Virus record (IMG/VR): IMGVR_UViG_2061766007_000542
Reading direction: 5' to 3' (one strand)
Origin: an uncultured virus (IMG/VR IMGVR_UViG_2061766007_000542)
Taxonomy: Duplodnaviria > Heunggongvirae > Uroviricota > Caudoviricetes
DNA: 29,183 nucleotides
The position numbers and the translations under genes were made by a program. Shown in pieces: positions 21,591 to 29,183 of the stretch. Positions within the stretch are counted from its first letter, which is position 1. Every line of letters starts with the position of its first letter. Under the pieces are notes generated by a model. That model saw only the letters and a program-made list of their open reading frames with translations. It searched no databases and was not told the DNA's origin.

Positions 21591-21618
21591 TTGCAAAATA
21601 ATTTTTTAGGATTATACT
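21591..21618 (+). promoter_or_regulatory. Sigma70-like rightward early promoter (TTGCAA-16 nt-TATACT)
   Basis: Upstream of the plus-strand replication operon. Confidence 0.65.
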
Positions 21619-21687
21619 ATAGGCGTTATCAAAGATTACAAATTTCTTTTACATTGCACAAGATACATAAGTGCAGGTAAAAAAATT

Positions 21688-21722
21688 AAAAGTCTTTGAT
21701 CGCAACATCAAAGGCTTTTTTT
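21688..21722 (+). terminator. Leader terminator 1
   Basis: AAAAGTCTTTGAT-CGCAAC-ATCAAAGGCTTTTTTT. Confidence 0.7.
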
Positions 21723-21799
21723 CAAGTCTAACCACAAAAAAGATTTTACAAAAAGGAGCTATGATGTTTGGAGTTCGCCTACATCCAAATTAACGGAAT

Positions 21800-21873
21800 A
21801 AAGTCTGTTTATATACGGTGGTAGGAAAATGCGAACTCCTTCCTACTGCCAGATATAAACGGACTTTTTGTTT
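21800..21873 (+). terminator. Leader long hairpin / terminator 2
   Basis: 21800-21827 pairs with 21840-21867 (26 pairs including G-U, 2x2 internal loop), then a T-rich tail. Confidence 0.65.
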
Positions 21874-21914
21874 ATACGGTAGAAAAAATCTTTTATTTTC
21901 TAACCTATCACGAA

Positions 21915-22097
21915 ATGTTTACAATTTTCGACAAGGGAAACGGTAGAAACTTCATCGGATACAAAGATGGTGGAGCATTCGAACTGGTAAAAGAAGGAGG
22001 GAGGATCTACATTGCAGAGTGGAAATTTGATTTCTGACTTTGTGCCATGTGAAATCCTCTCGTCTACGGTAAGGACTTTATCTACGGAGAAAATTAA
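21915..22097 (+). CDS. Hypothetical protein, 60 aa
   Basis: MFTIFDKGNGRNFIGYKDGGAFELVKEGGRIYIAEWKFDFG...; first ORF after the leader. Confidence 0.65.
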
Positions 22098-22100
22098 GAA

Positions 22101-22661
22101 ATGAAAGTCGAGTATTTAGAAAAAATGAAAGACTTTTATTCAAAACTTCCACCAGAACAACAGGCTGAATGACTTTCACTTCTCTTAGATGAAATCATTA
22201 GAGAGAAAAAAGAGAAAGCAGAATGCTGAAATAAAAAGTGGAATAAAAAATCTTCAAAAAAACTCATTTCTGGATCTACCACACACACAAATCCAGAAGA
22301 AAAAACAAGAACAGAAGAAAAAACAAAAACAGAAGAAAAAATCAAGGTAAAAGACTTTGTCTATCTTACTCAAAAAGAGTATGACACACTCAAAAGCGAG
22401 TATTGAAGCAGGACTACTTCGGATATGATAGACCGTTTGAACAATTACATCTGAAGCACTTGAACAAAATACAAATCGCACTACTTCACAATCTTGAATC
22501 GGATTAGAAAAGAATGAATACCGAAAAGATATATTGAAACCAAAACGAGAGTTGAACAAGTCCAAAAACAAAACTTTTATTCTGAAAACAAACAAAATGA
22601 AACCAATAGCAATTCCTCCTTTAACCGAAGAACAGAAACAGACTGTAAGGAACTATTTTAA
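22101..22661 (+). CDS. Probable phage replication initiator, 186 aa
   Basis: C-terminal VYLTQKEYDTLKSEYG..IDRLNNYIGSTGTKYKSHYFTILN(W=CGG) motif of phage replisome-organiser proteins; internal repeat linker. Confidence 0.7.
22294..22341 (+). repeat. 18-bp tandem repeat CAGAAGAAAAAACAARAA (about 2.7 copies) inside the initiator gene
   Basis: Units start at 22294, 22312 and 22330. Confidence 0.7.
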
Positions 22662-23040
22662 TGGGGATACTGCATGACAAAAAGAAAGCCGTATCTACTT
22701 CCGATACTGAAGAATGAGAGCAGAATGAGAAAGGATCTTAGCTGCTGAAATGAATCTGAAAAAAGTCCAAGATGAACAGAAAGAGAAATACAAAAGACAT
22801 ATGGAACGAGTAATCAATGAAAACATCAAAGAAGATAAAAAAAGATGATGAGATTGAAACTATGTAATCGTAAAGGTAAATCAATGGACAAAATGAAATA
22901 CTGTTGTATTAGGGTTTGATGATGGACGGGATATTGAAACAAAAAAACAAAAACTTTCTAAAGTTATAGAAATAGAGGAACGGAAAAATCCTGATTACTA
23001 TAACGAAATAATCAATAGATACCATTTTATCGATAATTAG
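22597..23040 (+). CDS. Hypothetical protein, 147 aa
   Basis: Open with TGA=Gly; overlaps the 3' end of the initiator gene; TTTTATTCT leader. Confidence 0.65.
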
Positions 23041-23044
23041 CACA

Positions 23045-23218
23045 ATGCAAACTTATAGCGATACAGAGAAATTCTTTGAACTTTCTTTCAGAGCGAAAAA
23101 GCTTTGATATGAAAAAGACAAATGTAGAGAACTTGCAAGAGCATATATCAAATATTTCTACGAAGTTCCAATCAATTGAGATATCCTTCTCTTTGAAGAT
23201 CGGTGCAAAAAACAATAA
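23045..23218 (+). CDS. Hypothetical protein, 57 aa
   Basis: ATG..TAA, tightly packed between neighbours. Confidence 0.6.
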
Positions 23219-23242
23219 TTTATTACTTAAACATATTACACA

Positions 23243-23836
23243 ATGAATGAAAAAAACTTATTCAAAAAAATCAACGAGGTAAAGAATGCTATTAGTAAAG
23301 CAAATCTCAAAAAGAGCTGAAAAAACTCTTTTGCTAAATTCGAATATTACGAACTATCAGACTTCTTACCTCTTTTAAATGAAATATGTGATAAAAACTG
23401 AATCTTTAATCATATTTCATTTGAAGAAAACAAAGCAGTCTTAGAGATTATCAATTGTGATAATCCAGCACAAGTAGTAAAATATGAAGTTCCTACTTGT
23501 GAACTTGAATTGAAAGGTTGTAATAAGATTCAAGCTTTAGGAGGTGTTCAAACTTATAGTAGAAGATACCTTTACATTACAGCTTATGATATCTGTGAAA
23601 ACGATTCATTTGATGCTGTTACTTGAGATTGAGATAAAAACGAAAAGAAAGAAAAATCTGACTTTTCAAATGAAGATTTAGAGAAAATAACGATATCTAC
23701 TCTTGAGAAAAACAAAACTGTAGAAGAATTTATAGAGAAATGCAGAACGGTTAAAAACATTTCAAAAGAAATGGAAGAAAAAATTAAACATAAATTCTCA
23801 GAAGTAGCTAATTCTTTATTTGAAGATGCTAAGTAA
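23243..23836 (+). CDS. erf: ERF-family single-strand annealing protein, 197 aa
   Basis: LKKSGKNSFAKFEYYELSDFLP..IQALGGVQTYSRRYLYITAYDICEND. Confidence 0.9.
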
Positions 23837-24246
23837 TGGACGAAAATATGAAAAACTTAGAGGAGGCTTTAATTGTGAGCCTCCTCACAAAGAACGAATA
23901 CTTCAAAGGGAAGTGATTACAACTTACAGAAGATGATCTCTTTGAATGGATAAAGCTTCAAGATGAAATAAACGATCTTGTAGTAAAACTCCGTTCAAGA
24001 GCAGTCGAGGAGAAAATGAGGCTTGATGTAGATAAGGGAAAGAGAACTCTCGAACTTAAAACAGAATTAGATGAGAACGGAAAAAAGAAATATACAGAGA
24101 GCCAAATTGATGCAATGATTAGGAGTGAATTTATCGAGAAAGATTTAGAAATAAATTATTTCAAAACACAGCAAGATTTACTCTCTAAGAAATCAGAGAC
24201 AATAACAGAATATGTAAATATTGTGAAACTTACTTTGAAAAAATAA
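23836..24246 (+). CDS. Helical hypothetical protein, 136 aa
   Basis: TAATG-coupled to erf; extends track ORF 24016-24246 upstream through a TGA. Confidence 0.7.
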
Positions 24247-24271
24247 ACCTTTTATTCTTTAAACTTACATT

Positions 24272-24550
24272 ATGAGAAAAAACCGATTATTGATAATTTG
24301 TATTATCTTGATGATTTTAGGTTGTATTGGATTCTGTGTAGGATTCAAACCATCGGATAATGATACTTTAGAAGAAGTAGCAAAGCTAAAAGAAAGACTT
24401 GACCAAATAAATGAATCTATTTCTTTCAATAGTGATGAATGGAAAAGACTTGAAGAAAGTCAGAAAGACCTTGAGAAAGGGAATGCAGAACTAAGAAAAG
24501 AAAAGGAAGCAACAGAAACAAAGATTAAAAACCTATTGGGTTTAGGGTAG
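24272..24550 (+). CDS. Membrane-anchored coiled-coil protein, 92 aa (0-frame product)
   Basis: N-terminal hydrophobic helix and coiled coil; ends just after the slippery heptamer G GGT TTA. Confidence 0.8.
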   Translation: MRKNRLLIICIILMILGCIGFCVGFKPSDNDTLEEVAKLKERLDQINESISFNSDEWKRLEESQKDLEKGNAELRKEKEATETKIKNLLGLG

Positions 24551-25047
24551 GAGAGAGTGACTCCGAACAAAAAACTCCTCAACAAAAACAAAAAGAGGAA
24601 AAAAATATTAAAGAAACATCAGGTAGTATCGTTTTAGAAAATCAAAAGAGCGAAGAAAAATCTGAAAGTGGAATAACTGTAGGAAATTGAAAAAAGATAA
24701 TCAAAAATGAATTTCAAGAATGAGATGAAAGGACAAAAATGGTACAGTATGCTTACGAGGTTTGAGGGTATGATTTAGTTGCACTTATTGAGTGTGAAAA
24801 CGCTACATGGAATCCTTTCAGACAATCAGATGTTTATAAGGATTGAGTAAGAGAGCCAAGCTTTTGACTCTGCATGATCCACAAAGGTTTTCATCCTGAG
24901 ATTGTAAATGATTCAAGATTTTGGGAGGATTGGAAACGACAGATTGATACTTGTAATAGATTATATCAATGAGGTACGAGATTCTATTGACCAAGTAGAA
25001 TGATTAAAGGGAAAAGATGTTCAGACTATGTAAAAGACCGTTTTACT
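24538..25047 (+). CDS. Lytic-transglycosylase (SLT-like) domain in the -1 frame, probably reached by frameshift; truncated by N gap
   Basis: Frame open from 24529 to the gap with first ATG only at 24739. LVALIECENATWNP..EPSFGLCMIH resembles the catalytic-Glu and GLxQI motifs. Confidence 0.65.
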
Positions 25048-25105
25048 NNNNNNNNNNTCCTGATACCTTACTAACACTTTTAAGAGATAACAGGCAAGAG
25101 AGAAG

Positions 25106-25276
25106 ATGAAGAAGATAACAACAAAGGAAGAATACGAGCAGAGTTGTAAGAGATTCTATGAATTACAACTTCAAATCAACAAATGTGATGAGAACATCGC
25201 AAAACAAAAGGCAAGTGTTATTGAGAGAATCTTCTGAGTATTATTTGATAAAATTTTTAAATCTGATGAAAAATAA
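25106..25276 (+). CDS. Hypothetical protein, 56 aa
   Basis: ATG..TAA, TAATG-coupled to the next gene. Confidence 0.55.
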
Positions 25277-25566
25277 TGCCAAGAAATAAAGATAAACAAA
25301 ATGAGTATGACTATCATCATTTGAACTCTTATTCCAATGGTTGAACAGACAATCCAGACAATATGCTTAACATAAAGAGGTCAGAACACGAAGCGTATCA
25401 CAATTTATTCTGATGACTTGGGATAATAGATGCGTTGAGAAAGCTTTTCTCACGATGAGAAAAATCATTTGAAGATGGGAAAATCAAAAATGAATTAAGA
25501 GATTGTCTAAGAGATTTAGATTATAAAGACTCCTGCAAAGGAGGGAGTAGAAAAAAGAGAAGATAA
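25276..25566 (+). CDS. Small HNH-motif protein, 96 aa
   Basis: DYHHLNSYSNGGTDNPDNMLNIKRSEHEAYHNLFG. Confidence 0.75.
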
Positions 25567-25592
25567 ATCAGACTTTTATTCTTTTAAAAGAA

Positions 25593-25838
25593 ATGATAGA
25601 GATAAAAGACCGAGATGAATACTGTAATCAATTCATAGATACTTTCCACTTTCAATTAAATTGATGTGCAGAAGCCTATCAGAGATTTATAGGAGAGCCG
25701 AAAGTTTTTATAAGCTTGAATATCTTTAAGTTCGAGGATAAGATGAGAGAGAAATGATATAAAGACGGAGCATTGAAAGAGTTTGTTGAAAGTAAGTATT
25801 GAAAAGAAGCAAGTGTTTTAATTGATAAATTATTGTAA
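25593..25838 (+). CDS. Hypothetical protein, 81 aa
   Basis: Open with TGA=Gly; TTTTATTCTTTT leader. Confidence 0.65.
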
Positions 25839-26098
25839 TGTCAGAAATCCGAACAACAAAAATAGGCGGTCAAGAGTTCGTGACACTTACGGACTACCTC
25901 AGATTAAAAGAGGAGAAACAAGAGCTTGAATATCTTTGAGATATAAACGAGGAACTGAAAGAGGAGAATAAGAAACTGAAAGATGACTACCAAGAACTAA
26001 AAAGCCAAATCTTATGTATAGTAAGAGAAAGCAAAAGAGTTTGAGAAGATTTATTACAGACATATAAAGATTTAGAAGATTATGTAGAAGTCACTTAA
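25838..26098 (+). CDS. Coiled-coil hypothetical protein, 86 aa
   Basis: TAATG-coupled; heptad-like LKEENKKLK. Confidence 0.65.
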
Positions 26099-26109
26099 TC
26101 AGATGGAAA

Positions 26110-26260
26110 CTCACCTGCCGTTCTAGTAGCCGGTCATAACGGCATACTAGATAAAAGAGGGAGATTATATAGGTCGGAGGGTAGTTTATACGAGAAAAAA
26201 ACAGCTCATATTACTCGAGCTATGATATGAGAAGAAATAGGGTAAAAACCTGTCCGACCT
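26110..26260 (+). ncRNA. Candidate structured RNA(s): pseudoknot plus multibranch stem
   Basis: Relatively GC-rich non-coding gap with several complementary segments (see findings). Family not recognised. Confidence 0.4.
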
Positions 26261-26282
26261 GCTTAGATTATAAACAATAAAG

Positions 26283-26696
26283 ATGGAAAACAAATTAGAA
26301 CAGCTATTGAATAGCTTGATAGAGAAAGGGTGGAAACCATTTGGAGAATGATGTCATAGGTCGCCATATAAAAGAGTTGGTATTCATAAAAATTACAATA
26401 AAGAAAGGACTTATGTATTGTTTTATAGTAATAACCATTCTCATTGGAAAGTATTAAGGCAAGTGGTTTCAAGAGAAAGCTGACTATGGCAATTCGTGTG
26501 TGAGAATAAAATGGTACGACTTGATACAGATTCGTGAGAGAGTGATAGTTATCTTTGTTATTATAACATCGACGGATATCCAAAAGATGATCGCTTTGAA
26601 ATGGGAAGAGATGATTATCGTTTCCGGCTAATAGAATCAGCCTTGAAAGATGAGTCAGAATTAGAGAGTTTTATTTTAGATAACATCAAAGTGTAA
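26283..26696 (+). CDS. Hypothetical protein, 137 aa
   Basis: MENKLEQLLNSLIEKGWKPFG..SRESGLWQFVCEN..; open with TGA=Gly. Confidence 0.7.
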
Positions 26697-27019
26697 TGAA
26701 AGACTACTGTATGGAATGCTTACAAGTCAACAATGCAATCACACGGCTTGTAGATAAATTCTGAAAAAAATACTACGGAGAAGACTTCAAGATTGAACGA
26801 ATAGATCGAAAAGATGAAGACTTACACTGCAACCTCCGAATCAATACCATCCACCGAAACATTGATGAAATCTACACGGCTCTATGGTTTGATATACCGA
26901 AAGAAATAGTCTTAAAATTCAAAGAAGAACAAACAGACAAAGCAATAAAAAAAGAAACATTTATGAATCTAAAAAACTTTTACTTCTTAAACAAAAAATG
27001 AGAATCATCATCCAAATAA
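26696..27019 (+). CDS. Hypothetical protein, 107 aa
   Basis: TAATG-coupled; five CGA/CGG codons plus one TGG. Confidence 0.65.
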
Positions 27020-27447
27020 TAACAATAGTAATCTGCATGACATATACTCCAACGATGCAGGGGAAAACATACATCCCAGCAGAGCAACCACAAATCAATG
27101 CTAAAACATCAGCAGAAAACAATGAGAAGATGTGGAAGTATCTACGAGATAACAGAATAGAGATAGATACAAAAGGGAAAGTATACATCGCTTTCATAAC
27201 AGAGAAAGAAATCAAAGAAAACACAAACATCTTCATAGGGATAGATTGAAAAACAATTTGATGGCTTGATAAGAGTAAGAGAATCAAAACAGAGAATCCG
27301 AAAGAGTTTCTCTATCAAATATCATCAATAGACTTGATAGGGAATAACAATTATAAATTCAAAGCAGAAATCAAAGGAGATAAACTGAACATCAATGCAG
27401 TAGTAGGAGAAGATAATAACAAGATAGAAGAAATCAAAGTGTTTTAA
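26998..27447 (+). CDS. Hypothetical protein, up to 149 aa (start may be ATG 27037)
   Basis: Track ORF extended through TGA to TAA. Confidence 0.65.
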
Positions 27448-27462
27448 ATTATAAAAAACAAA

Positions 27463-27663
27463 ATGAAGAACTATGATAGTGCAATAGATGAACTCGTAAT
27501 CAGTGCAAAAAATGAACTGGACAGGACAGATTGTGTGACTCCTGCTTTCTTATGTCAAGACAAGAAAGGGAAAGAGAGAGTAGAATTCTGATGAATAACA
27601 ACGTTTCAAAAGTTAAAAGAACTTTGATACAAAATCTTACAAGTATTTATCCCTGACATTTAA
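27463..27663 (+). CDS. Hypothetical protein, 66 aa
   Basis: Open with TGA=Gly. Confidence 0.6.
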
Positions 27664-27666
27664 AAC

Positions 27667-27873
27667 ATGCTGAAAAAAATCAAAAACCTAAGACCGTGAG
27701 AAGTCCCAATCTACAGATGCAGGATCGCAAGAAAAATCAAGGGATGAGTTTACTACGGATACGTAGAGGGACAACTGATAGGAACGAATCAATTCTTCCG
27801 AGTAGTAAAAGAACTCTTGAATAACTACTGCAAGAAGAAGTATAGGAGAACAATCAAACAGATGAGTGAATAA
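27667..27873 (+). CDS. Basic hypothetical protein, 68 aa
   Basis: Open with TGA=Gly. Confidence 0.6.
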
Positions 27874-27896
27874 TTATTTACATTATATGGTATCTT

Positions 27897-28000
27897 ATGA
27901 AAGAGATAAAAGAACTCTTTGAAAGAGGGATAAAACACTGATATTCTCCAACTGATGTATTTGATGATTTCTTGAATGTAACGATTTTAAGTATCATAGA
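27897..28000 (+). CDS. 5' fragment of a second allele/copy of the N6-methylase-like gene, cut by N gap
   Basis: Same peptide as 28220-28323; only synonymous differences if TGA=Gly. Confidence 0.7.
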
Positions 28001-28025
28001 NNNNNNNNNNTTTAACTAATACACA

Positions 28026-28217
28026 ATGGAAAACTTAAGAATCACAAAAAAATATACAAAAAGAAAAGAAGGGCGAGAAAGCCAACTAATCATAAAACGG
28101 AAATGAAACGAGATAGAGGAAATAAACGAGGAATCAGAAAAAGTATTTAATGCAATAAAAAAGAATGCTCCAGCTTGTATGAAAAGAGCAATGAAAGATT
28201 TAGATAATGAGGAGTAG
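28026..28217 (+). CDS. Hypothetical protein, 63 aa
   Basis: ACACAATG start, TAG stop. Confidence 0.6.
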
Positions 28218-28219
28218 AA

Positions 28220-28948
28220 ATGAAAGAGATAAAGGAGCTATTTGAAAGATGAATAAAACACTGATATTCTCCGACTGATGTATTTGATGATTTCTTGAAT
28301 GTAACGATTTTAAGTATCATAGACATAAACAAAACGGAGGAATACGAAGAAAACGAGAAAACATACGAGAGAATAATCAAAAAATATGATTGAGATGTTG
28401 AAATGTTTTCAAAAATACTTGCTTGTTTTGTGAAAAAAATGGAAGAAACACAAGAAACATTAAAGGATTGGATTTGAGAATATTTTATGCAAGAAATATC
28501 ACACGGAGAACATTGACAGTTTTTTACTCCTGATCATATAGCTCATCTTTGTGCAGAAACGACGATAAATAAATTGACAGAAGAAAAGAAATTCCCATCT
28601 TATATGGATTGTGCTTGTGNNNNNNNNNNCGGTCAATTCTTTACTCCAGATCATATAGCCCACCTTTGTGCAGAAACGACGATAAGTAAATTGACAGAAG
28701 AAAAGAAATTCCCCTCTTATATGGATTGTGCTTGTGGAAGTTCAAGAATGCTACTACAAGCTCAAAGACTTAAGAGAAGGAAATCATACGGAACAGATAT
28801 TGATAGAAGATGTGTTTTAATGAGTGTCTTTAATCATTTATTCTATGGATTGATTGGATGCTTTACCGTATGAAATACCTTAATGAATGAAAGGAAAGAA
28901 GTATTTGAAGTTATGCCACCTTTCATTTACCACAAATCATTTAATTAA
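28220..28948 (+). CDS. N6-adenine methyltransferase-like (HsdM-like, short) protein; internal segment duplicated across N gap
   Basis: IGEYFMQEISHGEHGQFFTPDHIA, MDCACGSSRML, YGTDID and GNTL; ends VMPPF..TAA. Confidence 0.75.
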
Positions 28949-28971
28949 CTTTTATTCTTTAAAATAACACA

Positions 28972-29183
28972 ATGGAAATAGTAGTAACAAAAATTCCAGA
29001 AACCAAAACAAAAGACGAAATGTTTTGATTTGAATTTGAAGGGAACAATGTTTCGTTTAGATGAAAACAGCTTGAACCAGCAATAGCAAGTTGAATCTTC
29101 TTGCTATATAACGAAATCAAAGAAAAAGAAAACCAAAGAGCAGAGGCAAGAAGAGAGAGAAATTATTACAAAAGAGAACTTAC
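28972..29183 (+). CDS. Hypothetical protein, runs off the window
   Basis: TTTTATTCTTT..ACACAATG leader; open to the window end with TGA=Gly. Confidence 0.6.

Noticed and set aside
26110..26163. preQ1-I riboswitch or twister ribozyme assignment
   Set aside because: GTTCTAG..ACTAG and GCCGGTC..ATAAAA..GAGGG are superficially similar, but the preQ1 A-rich linker and the twister core pairings are missing. Kept only as an unassigned structure.
27897..28740. Diversity-generating retroelement TR/VR pair or true gene duplication
   Set aside because: Differences are synonymous and not adenine-specific, no reverse transcriptase is seen, and both repeats abut N gaps.
1..29183. Mass pseudogenisation or a decayed prophage, suggested by the fragmented ORF track
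   Set aside because: Breaks are all TGA at Gly positions. Reading through them gives full-length genes with intact catalytic motifs.
1..29183. Phage-encoded tRNA (Gly-UCA or Trp-UCG), release factor, CI repressor, or holin/endolysin cassette
   Set aside because: None recognised by eye in this window. They may lie outside it; tRNAscan-SE or ARAGORN would settle the tRNA question.

Overview
A 29-kb piece of an AT-rich tailed-phage (or prophage) scaffold with three 10-N gaps and no recognisable host genes. The supplied ORF track looks shredded because the sequence is not in code 11. TGA reads as Gly (table 25), and CGA/CGG sit at conserved Trp positions. That double reassignment is reported for Absconditabacterales (SR1, CPR), the inferred host. 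Re-translated by hand, the window is densely coding. The left arm (minus strand, 19853 to 1) is a podovirus-like late module: NinG-like nuclease, HNH, HTH regulator, terS, terL, portal, scaffold, major capsid, adaptor, nozzle-like protein, two ejection-like proteins (one with a CHAP domain), a membrane-protein moron cassette, collagen tail fibre and LamG protein. The centre holds a tyrosine recombinase and a repeat- and hairpin-rich control region. The right arm (plus strand) holds a replication initiator, ERF recombinase, a membrane-anchored protein probably -1 frameshifted into a transglycosylase, an HNH, small unknown ORFs and a degenerate N6-methylase-like gene. Highlights: the recoded genetic code with internal synonymous-swap evidence; extreme gene-to-gene differences in TGA use (capsid 0/17 Gly, HNH 22/23); a five-copy late-promoter motif with a candidate activator; a programmed frameshift candidate; tandem attenuator-like leader RNAs; and several structured non-coding elements. 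All products are assigned by motif recognition and synteny only; no searches were run.
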